IMG/VR virus record: IMGVR_UViG_2049941000_000100
DNA: 64,000 nucleotides
Direction: 5' to 3' (one strand)
DNA from: an uncultured virus (IMG/VR IMGVR_UViG_2049941000_000100)
Taxonomy: Duplodnaviria; Heunggongvirae; Uroviricota; Caudoviricetes
Below are positions 11,561 to 24,245 of the stretch, piece by piece; the stretch's first letter is position 1; each line of letters begins with the position of its first letter. A program made the position numbers and the translations under genes. The notes under the pieces are model-generated. The model was not told the DNA's origin. It saw only the letters and a program-made list of their open reading frames with translations, and searched no databases.

Positions 11561-12787
11561 ATTTTTAATTATATTATCTATCGTGTGTGCGCATTTATTA
11601 NNNNNNNNNNAATCTTCTTCTTTCCATCCGCGCGTTGTCATAGCAGGCGTGCCGATACGAATACCACTAGTTACATAAGGGCTACGAGTCTCTCCTGGCA
11701 CGCAATTCTTATTAAGAGTTATATTATACTTATCTAATTCTTCCTATACAGCGCGCCCAGTAAGATTTGGATGGGTTTTACTAAAATCAATAAGAAATAA
11801 ATGAGTATCAGTGCCACCTGTGGTCACATCATATCCTAACTTTATAAACTCATCTGCCATAGCTTTAGCATTAGATATTACTTGCGCGATATATTCTGCG
11901 TAACTAGTCCGTAGACATTCTTCTGCGCAAACTGCTTTCGCTAAAATAACATGTTCTAATGGGCCGCCTTGGTTACCGGGGAACACTGCGCTATTTATTT
12001 TTTTCTCTAATTCTGGACGACAGAAAATTAATCCACCACGAGGTCCGCGCAAAGTCTTATGCGTTGTAGTAGTAATTACATCAGCATACCCGAATGGAGT
12101 ATTATGATAACCAGTAGCAACTAGTCCTGCTATATGCGCCATATCTACCATAAAGTAAGGTTTTTCTACTGACTCATTGCGCGCGTATATCTCTAACATA
12201 CTTTCTATATTAGAAAAATAAATTTGTCTCGGATAAGCAGACGCGCCGGCTATTACCAGTTTTGGATGAAATTCTTTAAGACATTTTATAATATCTATGG
12301 TATCAATATAGCCGCATTTATCTAAACTATAATGATGTACATCGTAAATTTTCCCACTAAGATTCGCTATTGAACCATGAGATAAGTGACCGCCGCTATT
12401 TAAATCCAGAGATAAAATTGTATCTCCTGGATTTAAAAGCGCGCTATAGACTGCAAAATTAGCCTGTGTTCCACTATGCGGCTATACATTTACGCTATAA
12501 TCCGTATCAAAAACTTTTTGCCAAGTTTGTTTACAGCATTCCTCAATTCTATCAATAAATTCACATCCACCATAGAAGCGATTGCCGCTATATCCTTCTG
12601 CATATTTATTAGTTAGACAAGAAGCCATCGCAACTCTTACTGCTTCAGAAGCATAATTTTCACTTGCAATAAGTTCTATATTTTTATCTTGGCGTTCTTC
12701 TTCTAACTCCAACATCTTAGCTAAATAGCCGTGTTGAAGTCCGAGAGTTGTATTTATATAATTATCTAATCCAACTGTATTTTTCAT
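11546..12787 (-). CDS. glyA: Serine hydroxymethyltransferase (TAG=Gln)
   Basis: [17 protein letters not shown][TAG][52 protein letters not shown]. Confidence 0.95.
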
Positions 12788-13052
12788 TATGATACTTTCT
12801 CCGCATATTGGTTATTACTAGCTAAATTTACGCCTAGTACTCTATCAAAATGAGTACCTTCATTTGGAATATATCTNNNNNNNNNNNNNNNNNNNNNNNN
12901 NNNNNNNNNNNNNNNNNNNNNNNNNNNNNNNNNNNNNNNNNNNNNNNNNNNNNNNNNNNNNNNNNNNNNNNNNNNNNNNNNNNNNNNNNNNTATACATAG
13001 ATGCCTTCTTATAATTAACAAAGTCCGTTTCTTCAATCCCTTTAACTTTCAT
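12787..13052 (-). CDS. nrdG: Anaerobic RNR activating enzyme, N- and C-termini (middle part displaced to 16992..17228)
   Basis: MKVKGIEETDFVNYKKASMY..FDRVLGVNLASNNQYAEKVS directly downstream of nrdD. Confidence 0.75.
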
Positions 13053-15019
13053 TATTTACATTCTCCCATTCTCGCATGGCCCATTCAGCTTTGCGTTCTT
13101 TAGAATAAGTTTTTACTGGAACAAAGAATCCTACGATTCTACTATATGTAGTAGATACAGGTTCGCCGCAAATTGGACAAACATCACCGTAGAATCCGTG
13201 GTTATTTTTGCAAGCATTTATTTTTCCTGTAAATGCAAAGTATTTAACTCCTGCTTGCGCGACATAATTCAGCATCTTCCATGCCTTATCAAAATTATCA
13301 AATGGCGCGTCAACATTTAAATGGAGAATATCTCCACCAGAACAATACTCACTAAACGCGGCCGCGATACGAATACGCTCTTGGAGAGTTGTCTTAATGC
13401 CGAGCGGAATCCATTGATTACCATATAATGGTAAATCTTTAACTACTAAGTCAGGATATAAGAATTCATCAGCCTTCTGGAAACGAACTGCCATACTTTC
13501 CCCAGGAATAGCTTCAAGGTTAATATGNNNNNNNNNNTTCCCCAGGAATAGCTTCGAGGTTAATATGGTAATCTTTATCAAGTAAGAACATATCTTTTAC
13601 ATTATGAATTACTTTAAAAATCCGTTTACCAAAATTAAAAGCTTCATCGGTATAGTAAGTATTACCAAAATCGTCTACCTTAGTATATCCAAATTTTTTA
13701 AGCGTTTCATAAATACCCATAATTCCGATGGAACTATAAAGATATTTCATTTCAATCATCTTACAATCGAAAGTATGAAGAAGTCCCTTTTCAATATTCC
13801 TTTGGATAATATGGCGCTGAACGTCTAAAAGCTTAAGATTAATTTCTAATACTTCCTTTAACCGATTAAGATATTGCTGTTCCGTTTCAGTTTCATAAGC
13901 TATGCGCGCGAGGTTAATAGTAGAGACCTTTACGCTTCCTACTTTGAGGGCGGCGCCACCAATACTATTATAATATCCTAATTCACTAAAATCATTCCTA
14001 AGTCGGCAGCAGCTACTTAAACTCGTTACACTAGAATCTACAAACCAGTTACTATCATTCCATTTTCTATTATGTTCGCAGGCCCAACGCGCGAACTCTT
14101 CATCAACAAATTTTCCATCGGGAGTAGTAAGAAGAGAAATAGTTGAAACCGGGAACGTCATCATATTTTGATTACGAATTTCTCCCATCTCTTTCAAAAA
14201 TAACTTTTGAAACTCTATAATCTCTTCCTCATAATCAATCATAAATTCCCCATTAGGAAATTCTGAACCGCCGAAAATAGCTTCGAAGTAAGGATGGTCA
14301 AAGAAATTAACATTTGTAAACGCACTTTGTATCGAGCCGCGCAAGAATGGTTGGTTAAGTGCATAAACGAGCCGTTGGATTTGCTGGCGCGCGAATTTCT
14401 CGGCATAGTCTTTTGTAATTCCGAGATAGCCATTATCTAAATCTTTCTTCCAAAAATAGTACATATAAGGAATTAAATTTGGATATGCCACCGCTCCCGC
14501 GCTATGGTTACAAGCATATGAGCAATGCTCTTTTACAAAATCTACAAAAGTAGTTAAATGCTGTGGCGGTTGGGCGTTAAAATTCTCAATAAAATATAAA
14601 CCTTTTTCCGCTAAATCCTTTAAATCATATGCAAAACAGTATGGAATCATCGTGCTGGTGTGCGCATCGTGAAGTCCTAATCCCTTACTCCACTCTAATT
14701 CTAACCAATCATTAGCCGTCTTAAATCCATATTTCTTATTCATTTCATAATATAACTTATTTAATGCTAATAATTTCTGGTGCGCTTTCGGCATTTCATT
14801 CAACATTGTGACAATATCTTTATGACCTACATTCGCATTTCCATCAATCGACGCATCAGCCACAGTAGTAGTATCAATAAAATTATCAATAAACTCAGTA
14901 AAGTTTAATTGTGTATCACTTAATCCGTTGAGTCGCGCAAAATCTTCACCGTACTTCTCTTGAAGCCTATTTAGCTAAGTCGTAAAGTTTTTATTAAGTT
15001 TAATAACTATATTCGCCAT
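13042..15019 (-). CDS. nrdD: Class III (anaerobic) ribonucleotide reductase
   Basis: IPYC, FTNV, TFPV, SCCRL, EAIPGES, CPICG and glycyl-radical RIVGFF motifs. TAG at codon 15. Overlapping contig ends at the 13528 gap. Confidence 0.95.
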
Positions 15020-15020
15020 A

Positions 15021-15230
15021 TTACTTATTAATCTCCTGTTCTTTTACCCATTGTAATGCTTCAGAGAAATTATAAACCTTTCCATCCACATCGAGCATCG
15101 GCGCGCTCATAAAACCAAGCTTTTTCATTAGCTCAATATCATTTATCTCTTCAAAAGCGATATTTTTTAATCCCATTTTAATTTTTAATACCTTACACTT
15201 TGGGCATCCAGTAGAATACAATTTAATCAT
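15021..15230 (-). CDS. Glutaredoxin/NrdH-like protein
   Basis: MIKLYSTGCPKCKVLK..GFMSAPMLDVDGK. Confidence 0.9.
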   Translation of the reverse strand: MIKLYSTGCPKCKVLKIKMGLKNIAFEEINDIELMKKLGFMSAPMLDVDGKVYNFSEALQWVKEQEINK

Positions 15231-15412
15231 TATGGTTCGGGTCCTCCAAGAAACAATATTCACAATATCCATCTTTAAAACTATGCGGGCATTGTGCTTG
15301 AAGCGCGGCGTTTTCTTTAAGTAAATCACTTACTAAATTATTAAGGGTAAATATATTTGGACTAAACATTTCTTTAATAGCTTTATTATTCGCTACTATT
15401 TTNNNNNNNNNN

Positions 15413-16521
15413 GTATTTCCATCGGTGTCATAATCTATTTCTCCTCCAGTATATTCATAAAACATTTTAAATACTTCGTAATTCTTTTCTCTTACAAACT
15501 AAAATAAATCAATTACATATTCTCGCGGGAAGCGTGCTCTAATAGTTCCCCATTTATTCATATATAAACTTTTTATAAACCCATGAAAGGTAATGGGATT
15601 AATTTCACTCTATCTTCCAATAATCGCGGAATTATAATCGTTTAATAACTATAATAAATGTTCCCATTTCTAATCTTTGAAAAAACCGTCTTCATATTTA
15701 AGTGAAATTCTTTTATAATGAATCTATGAATTTAAGAGCTACTTAAAAATTATTGGTAGTCGTTTCTCCAAAAATTCATTCTCCTCGGAGCATCCCGCGG
15801 TCACTATACAATCTAAATTTTTAGTCTAAGTTGCTCGACTATTAAGTAAGGTCTAAAATGACTCTTTTCCAAGCATACCGTTATACTATATAGAAAAGAA
15901 GTGGAGCGCGCCTTGTAGCCCCATCCAAAAGACGAAATCTTCAGTATTATCGGTCTAGACAGGGAATTTCATTCCTATCCATCGTTTATCCCCATTAGCT
16001 ATATTCTCATTATATATATCTAAAACGGTTTCTTTCGCACCGACTATTTTATTCAAATCATAGTCATGGAAAAATATAATTTTTGTGGACGGCCGCGTCT
16101 CAAAGCTAGAGTGGAAACGTGGCCATATAGTTTTGTTATCTAAGGATAATCTTATATGCGCCGCACGTTCCATGGAGCTAAATGCGTTTAACATAGGAGT
16201 TGTAGTAAAAAATTTACGATACGGCTCATATATATACGTATCCGGCGGCGTTGCCTCAATTTCTTCAGCCAGTGGGTAATAGTTACTATTAAACGCATAT
16301 CCGCCATAACTTACATTCTTTTCAAACATTTGTTTTGGATAATTTCCATCGTCCCAATCTTTACGGAAGAAAAACTTTGTATATCGTTCTGGCTCCAACA
16401 TCGGCGCGAGTTTAACCAAATCGTTTCTCTATTTATAATAAGTAGCCAGCTTCATAAGCTCTAAGTTAAAAACTGGCTACTTATAATTCATAAAATCATC
16501 GTCCCATAATCCAACAATCAA
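15413..16521 (-). CDS. Hypothetical protein resembling the N-terminus of phage radical-SAM-associated proteins (TAG=Gln)
   Basis: TTG start overlaps the dnaE stop; VGLWDDD..PVFNLELMKLATYYK; open through TAG codons to the gap; no CxxxCxxC motif seen. Confidence 0.6.
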
Positions 16522-19500
16522 TGCTCCGTTACCTCCGCGCGCTCTCCACGTGTTTCGATAGTTCCATTATCATTTATATTTGTTATTAACTCTACTAAAT
16601 GGAACGGAGTACGTGTATACTTTTTACCTAAGAATCCATCTTCTTGACGAATACCAGTCACAATTATCTTATTTCCACGTTTAAATGTACTCTTCTCTAT
16701 TACGTGCTTTTTACCATCCGCGCCTTTCTCACTTATCTGCTTATCATAATGCGCGAACGCATCGCCATAAATTTTTACAGTGACGACTCCTGTTGGAGTT
16801 AATAATGATACTGTTTTCTTATTCTTATCCCGGTCGAGTACGGTCCCGACTATCCTTGACAGCCTAAATATTGGGATAATCTTATTTTTAATTCTTATTG
16901 TTGTTTCTATTTCTGGAGTTGTTGGCAAACTAAAATAATCTTTAAAATTATAATAATCCATATCAACCGCCGCTAATTCGTNNNNNNNNNNCCGCTACGA
17001 ATTTCTCCTTCGGTATAGCCCGTATAAATTACTATATCGTCTAATATATTATATTTATTTCTAATACAATCTATTAAACTAATTAAATCCATAAATGAAT
17101 CGAATGGTTCAAGTCCAGCAAAAACAAAAGCTTCAGTAATTGGATTTTGAAGATAGCGCTCGCAGATTTCTTCTTTTGAGACTTCTATATCTTCGGTTAA
17201 AGCTAACGGACTATTCTAGCAATCTGCGNNNNNNNNNNGTAACAAGATGTACTATCCATTTCCCATTTTGAGATAGACCCAAGACAATATTTATCCCAAG
17301 TCTCTTTCATTAAATTATTATTTAACTCTTCTAATAATTGCGCCGCGTTCTTCTTTACCCATGGACGAATAATATCCATTTGAGATTGATAAATATAATC
17401 CCATTTTGTTTGAAGAATCGCAAATGGATACCCATCTTCTGAACTTACAAGATTGTCTATATNNNNNNNNNNGGAATCATATTATAATTAATCATCATTT
17501 GCATATTCTGTAAAGTTATTCGTTGCTTGGCGCCGCATATCTGCGCGATATATCTCTTCATTAATTCAACTCTATCTCCAAATTCATCAAATGCGCCCGC
17601 TTTAATAAGATTTATTATTTGCGGCTTTTTGAGTTTTACTTTAGAAATTAGGTCGTCTAATGAAGTATATGGACGATTTGCAATGATTGCTTTAATTGCA
17701 TCATCTCCCATACCTGTTATACCACTTAATCCATAACGAATAAGATTTTTCTTCGGGTCGGGAGAAAATGTGAATACAGAATAATTAATATCCGGATGAC
17801 TTACATTAATACCTTCCATTTTCATCTTTCCGATAGCGGTACTAATTTTCCCGTAGTTAATTTTTTTCTGCTTTTTCTTTTTCTTTACTTCTCCTTCTTC
17901 TTCATCTTCATCCTCATCATCGTCTTCTTCATCTGCGCCAAACTCTTCAATATTACTACTCCAACTTACTTCAATCTCTTCATTTTCAATTTCTTCCTCA
18001 TCTTCTATTTCATTGCCACCAGCGTCATTAATTAGACACGCGCAATTCCAAAAGATAATCGGATAGTGAAATGCAAGATTCATTTCTTGAAGAGCTATCA
18101 AACTATATGCAAGAGTATGAGATTTATTAAATCCATATCCACGACTATATGCAACTAATACTTTCCATACATAATTACATAGATTCGCGCTTAATCCTTT
18201 CTCTTTCATATTATCAAAATACTCAATCGTAAGTTGGTCAAATTCTTTCGGATTCTTTTTCGCAATACTTTTACGAAGTCTATCTGCCCAAGTTAGATTA
18301 AATCCACCACACTCCTCCATCTGAACGAGTTTCATGAATCCTTCCTGCGACTCACAAATACCATATGAAGTATCTAACTCTGAATGTAGAAGCGCGCGTT
18401 CGCTATCGGATAGACCATAACTTTCCATTTCTCTATCCCATGCGGTTGGGTCTTTCTTAAACCGAGATAACTTTTCTGTTGGCATTTCTCCGCCGCGCTC
18501 TTGCGCCATTAATCGGATAACTGAGTTTAATGTTGCTAAGTCGTCAACTGAAGTTGGATGAAGAAGTGCAATTCCATTAATTCCACTTTGCTTTTCCATC
18601 TGGAACAAAGATTGGATTTCGTGATTCCAAACCATTTTCCACATTTTCGGATTATCACGCTCCAAACTATAAATTCCAATTACATTTTCATACGTTTTTT
18701 TCAACGTTGTCGCTCTTTCGACGTATCCATAATCACACAATAAATTAATACAATTATGAATTTTATCCATTGCTTCGACGGACAACGCATCATACTTAAT
18801 CAAACTAACTGCTTCGCTATCATGTAGCTCAAACTGCGTACATATCGTACCATCCGGCGCGCGCATCAATGCGGTTGATTCTGTAAATGGTTCATCTACA
18901 AAGATAACTCCGCCTGCATGGATACCACTCCCGCAAATCAATCCTTCAATTCCATGCGCGACATTCCATAACTCCGGATAATTCTCCGTCATTTCAATTA
19001 CAAATTGTTTGATTGGAGTAAAACCATTCTCCGGGTCGCCATACATACATTGGTCAAGACTACGCAACATACCTCTATCTGCTGGGATTAAACTTGAAAT
19101 ATACTGCGCGATATCTATATCAATACCAAGGCCTCTTGCCGCCGTCAGAATAGCTGACTTAGATTTTTCTGTACGAAATGTAGCTACATTCGCAACTCTA
19201 TCATCTCCATAGAACTCTCTAAATTTAGCTAATACCTGCGCTCGCTTTGAACCTTCAATATCGAAATCAACATCCAATACGCTAACTCGGTCGGGATTCA
19301 AAAATCTCCACCTAAAAGTTTTTGTCTTTTCTCTTAATGGATTAATTTGTGTTATTCCCAAAACATACAATAATATAAATCCTACACCAGAACCGCGCCC
19401 TGGACCTACTATACTATCTGCTTCCCAACACAAATCAATAATAGTTTGAAGGTTAAGGTAATATGCGCTCCATCTCGCTTTATTAACTTCAGATGATACC

Positions 19501-20618
19501 CATGTATCTTCTAGACAAAGATTTATTTCATTATATGCTTCATCATTTTGCAAATCAGGTAACGATTTAATTCCACTAATAACTGCTGCTACCAACTGCT
19601 TATCTGCTGGATATTCTGAATTATTAAATTTTTCTAACGCTGGAATACGTTCAAACCATTGAGGATACTCATCGCGATGAGATAAGAAACTATGCCATTT
19701 TAAGTTAGGAATACGAAGCGGTTTCTCTAATGAATATTCTTCGCACATATCGCTAATAGTTAAGATATTACTATATGCTGTATCTAACTGCGCGCGACTC
19801 ATATACTTAAAATATCCTTCGAGTTCTTCTGTTCCCATCATATATGTCGTCGCATAGAATTCATCGACTTCTCGCTCGCCATTCTGCGCGTTCAAATAAG
19901 CCTTATGGATAATCCTATCTTCCTTCTTAAGATAATGAGAATCTGTCGTGATTATATATGGGATACCTGTTGCTTCTGATATATCCAATAATCTCTTATT
20001 TACATAAATCTGGTCCTTATTATTACTCGGCTGCATTTCCAAGAAAAAATTTCCACGACCAAAAAGATTGTCCATTTGTTGAATCCAAATGCCAATCTTT
20101 TCTTTTAGATTTGGGTCTTCCAAATCCCGATATTTTAATAACTGAGTTGGGAGCGCGCCACCAAGACAAGCAGTAGAACCTATTACATGACCCGGCTCTT
20201 TTCCAATAATATCGAATAAATCTTGATAATATGTTGGGACTCTTCTCATGCCGCGCGCCATATAAGACCGACGCCAAGCTCTTGTGGATATTTCCATTAT
20301 TTGGCGTATTCCTATTCTGTCCTTCGCATAGATACAGAAATGATAATATCTATCATACTCTCTATTATAATTTTGAGCATTTAGTCCATTTCTACATAAA
20401 TATATTTCATTGCCAAGAATAACTTTTAAGTTGGGGTGTTTCTTTGCTAATCTTTGCGCTTTTATATAACCACCAGTAAAATCATGCTCCGTCACACCAA
20501 TTACTGTATGACCCAATTCCTCTGCATAATCAAAAGCCTCTTCGAGTTTGATGGTTGAATCTCTTAGACGTATATTCGACCAATGACTATGTTGATGTAA
20601 CGACCCTGGGTAATTCAC
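16518..20618 (-). CDS. dnaE: DNA polymerase III alpha subunit (family C), interrupted by gaps
   Basis: PHP SLHQHSHWS and TTDSHY, GPGRGSGVG, LDVDFD, GIHAGGV, YGFNKSH, C-terminal OB fold. Confidence 0.95.
16992..17228 (-). CDS. Misplaced central fragment of the NrdG-like radical SAM activase
   Basis: DC[TAG]NSPLA..NPITEAFVFAGLEPFDSF..DDIVIYTGY between two N gaps. Not DnaE sequence; fits the gap in nrdG. Confidence 0.8.
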
Positions 20619-20649
20619 CTAAGTTCCTCCTCTCCTAGTTTATATAAAT

Positions 20650-20678
20650 ATTATATCATAAATTTAAATAAAAGTCAA
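20650..20678 (-). promoter_or_regulatory. Sigma-A promoter for dnaE
   Basis: TTGACT-N17-TATAAT with extended -10. Confidence 0.8.
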
Positions 20679-21529
20679 GTTATATATTCCCAGTAAAAAT
20701 CATATGCCTTTNNNNNNNNNNCGGCCGCGCAAATATTACTTTTATCTGATAAATTTAAAGCTTTTGCAGCATCGGCTGCGGAAGAATACGTATTTATTAA
20801 ATTATGGTTTTTATCTAATTGTTTAATTGGTTTTTTTGGTTTTCCAGAGGTTTTTTTATTTTTAGCTAATATTACCCATTCTTCTATTGGGGTATCATCT
20901 GCTTTATATTTCCATAAAAAACCATAAGCTGTATATTGCTTTTTTCTACATACATTACTAATATTTGTCTAATTATATCCAACTTCTACTACAGATGTCG
21001 CGGAGGGCCATTCTTTAATAAAAATACCATCTAAAGTATATTGTAATACTGGTAAAGAACATCTTTCTCTTGTTTTTTCACCCTATCTTTTCATTATTTC
21101 TTCTTGAGGAACTCCATTTGCTTTAAGATGCTCTGCGGCGGTCTATCTATCTATACCTAATTTTTCACTTATTTCTTTAGTATTTAATCCATTATTCCAA
21201 CTATCTATAATAGCCTCTATCGGCACTTTTGTGCTTCCTCTTCCAGAAGCTAATATATTATATCCATTGGGAGTTATAGAATTATAATACATAATATAAT
21301 AATGTTCTCTAGCAAACCGCGCCTCATCATCGCAGTCTTCAATTTTTTCAAAAGAAAAATTTTCTTGACCATATTTTCTTATCGCACAATGAATTGGATA
21401 ATTATACCCATGCCCTTCTTTAGAGCTTTCTCGAATATGGTCCCGCCATCTTTTTTCTAATGTAGTGGTTGTTTCTCCAATATATACTTTATGATTTATT
21501 TTATTTTCAATTTTATAGATATAAGCCAT
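20675..21529 (-). CDS. Free-standing GIY-YIG endonuclease with NUMOD1-like repeats (TAG=Gln)
   Basis: AYIYKIENKINHKVYIGET..AIRKYG..GYN; C-terminal LQYTLDGIFIKEWPSA and AYGFLWKY motifs. Confidence 0.85.
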
Positions 21530-21540
21530 TTTTATTCTCC

Positions 21541-21590
21541 TTACCATTTTATTCTATATATAAGTAGAATAAAATGGTAATTCTTATAAA
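21541..21590 (-). promoter_or_regulatory. TTTATA-N17-CTACTTA motif, copy 2, overlapping a perfect 16-bp hairpin next to the RBS
   Basis: TTACCATTTTATTCTA / TAGAATAAAATGGTAA inverted repeat at 21541-21580. Confidence 0.7.
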
Positions 21591-21616
21591 AAAATGGGCG
21601 TAAATTAGTTTTAAGT

Positions 21617-23379
21617 TTAAAAACTAATATTTCCAATTTCCTCTATCTCAAGGTCTTTAATAAGAATCTGCGGAGTTATCTTAAAGTTCCACTCATTTAA
21701 ATTAGCAATCATTAGCCGTCTTAAANNNNNNNNNNACTTATTTTCATAACTCCATTAATATGGTTAATTTTCTCAATTAAATCTTTCGCAAAAAACTTTA
21801 TATAAGTCACTCCATTTACTTGGAATCTTAATGTATCTTTATTACGTCCAATAACCGCAATATCATTCTTAGTTAAATTTATATCGGTAACAAGTAAAGT
21901 AGGCTCGCTATTCTGTTGACCCCAAACAAATTCATATTGCGCGAGGTCTGCAATTAAACTTTTTAAATCTTCTGAATAACTATCGCGCGCGAAATCAACT
22001 ACATATAATAACTCTCCGAAATCTAAGTCTTTAAGTTCTCTATTTGCAATTTCATGGAACTTAGCTAAACTAGCGTTAGGAATACTAATACCGAACGCAT
22101 TATCATGGCCCATCGTATACTCAAATAAATTCGTACTATTTAAGAAGTCTTTAAACGATTTAAGTTCACTTTGATTAAGGCCGCGCGCACTTCCACGTAT
22201 ATAACCCTCATCATTCAAGCGTGCCACAATAGTTGGACAATTATGACGAGAAGCCAACTGCATCGCAACTAACCCGTTTAACTCTGCTGGGAAATCATCG
22301 TCGTCTTCGAGCCGGATAAATAAGACTTTATTTTCCAATAGGTCGTTCTTAGCGATTTTAATCTCTAAATTCTCTACTATTTCGTTCTTTTTTTTATCTT
22401 GATGCGCCTTTGCATTAGTACATTCTCTCGCGCTTTCAATAGCCGCAAATTCTAATGTGCCTTTAGCACCACGCTTATTGCTAGGAATTTTTTCTTTTCC
22501 ATTTATAAACGCATTAAATAAGCGGTCCTTCTCTGCGGGAGTACCCATTCTAATCATAGCATTAATCATAGGCACAATATAAAATGCGACGGTAGTAGGA
22601 TTAATTTTCCCTCCCATAGAATACTCTTGCTTATCGCAAAGAGTACGGAAGAAAAAATTATTTATATGCGTGAAACCGGTTCTCCAAAAATATTGATTTT
22701 CTTCCGAAAGTGCGCTCATCATATCCGCGCAAATACCTAATGCGGCTAAATCTATATATTTAAACGATAGCTCTTTTGCGAGATAATAGTCGAGCGCACG
22801 ACAGAATTGGTAAGTTACTCCTGCGCCAGATAAATCTTTATTTTCATAATTTGGAGAAATTTGGTTATTTACTATAATACAATAATCGCTTATCTTAGTA
22901 GAATCTTCAATTAAATGATGGTCGAGAATAATAGTTTTAATATTATGCTCGCCTAATTTCTCTATATACTCATAGTCGTTACTTCCACTATCGGGTAGAA
23001 GACAGATATCATAGCTTACTCCACTGTCTAGGATAGATTCGTGGGTGTCAGATAGCCCGTGCTGTTTACCTTCGTGGAGATAATAATCTATCTACGCATT
23101 AGGCGCGACTTCTCTTATATACTGGTATATAATCGCCGCAGATGTAAAACCATCAACATCGCTATCTACTACTAACGCGAACTTTGGCTTTTCTTTATTT
23201 AATATTTCTCGGACGTATTTTGCGGCCTCTTGAATATTTGAAAGGTCTAGCCAAGATTGGAGAGAATGTTCGTAAGAGGGGTTTAGAAAATGAACGATGT
23301 CTTCTATCCCACGACTTTTCAATAACTCTGCTCCATAGTTACTATATATATTTGTTGTGTCTTTTACTTCATACTTCAC
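21617..23379 (-). CDS. RecJ-like DHH-family ssDNA exonuclease (TAG=Gln)
   Basis: VDSDVDGFTS, GKQHGL, PDSGSND, ILDHH, LNGLVAMQLA, RGSARG, GHDNAFG. Confidence 0.9.
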
Positions 23380-24235
23380 CTAACAATAATTCTCCTTTTT
23401 AAAAGTTCTCTAAATACTTCTTCGCCCTTATCTGTAGGACTATCTTTCAAATCTAATAATCTTTTTCTATCATATATAAAGCTTATAGTACAATAGTTAG
23501 TATATTTCTTACAAAGAGAATATAGTTTATTAAAATACTTATTTTCTCCTTCTAATTCCTCTTGGTCAAAACAAATTACTATTTCGCGCGGCATACACGT
23601 TTTAATAAGTAAATTTAATTGATATTTATTAAACTGACTGCCGCAAACCGCAACACTACAATTCGGCATAGAAAAACTATCCATTTGCAAGCAAAACTTT
23701 TCTGCTTCACCTATATAACAGATTCCATATTTACGAATATTTTCTTTATTAAAATTTAATCCGTACAAATTCATACTAAGTGGATGTGCATACCACTTCC
23801 CCTCAATTTGAACCGGCATATATTTACCTACTAAAGCTATTTCATCTTTATTAAGGGCGCGCCCTCTAATTCCGACTAATTCTCCATAGACATTATAATG
23901 CGGGATTATAATTTTATTTTGAGATATTGAAAATCTAATATCATATTTATCCATAGCTTTTTTAGATATTCCATCCCTTAACCATTCTACTGGATAAGTT
24001 TTAATAAATATATCTAAAAGTCCCTTTGGATAAGTTTCTAAAATTTGCGGTTTACGCTGAATACGATATTTATCTTTTAAAGTTACATATTTCGGTGCAA
24101 CAAAACCTTCTACTGGTTTAAAATCAGAACAATTCTGAACAACTCGTAAAACGTCTGTCGTCCAATCATATGGAATACTTCTAGTTTCATAATAGTGTTG
24201 AAGAAAGCTAAATATACTCATACTATTACAACTAG
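23376..24235 (-). CDS. DNA primase (DnaG-like, TOPRIM), 5' end in gap
   Basis: IIIPHYN..GELVGIRGRAL, NLYGLN, EAEK, ICFD..KDSPTDKG. Confidence 0.85.
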
Positions 24236-24245
24236 NNNNNNNNNN

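Noticed and set aside
13499..13567. Direct repeat of about 29 bp flanking the gap in nrdD, and a similar one at 52343-52428 in the GT gene
   Set aside because: Overlapping contig ends with one or two SNPs (strain variation). A hidden optional insertion at EAIPGE|S cannot be excluded but is unsupported.
16981..17238. Foreign insertion (intron or intein) inside dnaE
   Set aside because: The piece is bounded by N gaps and encodes the missing middle of NrdG, so it is a scaffolding misplacement.
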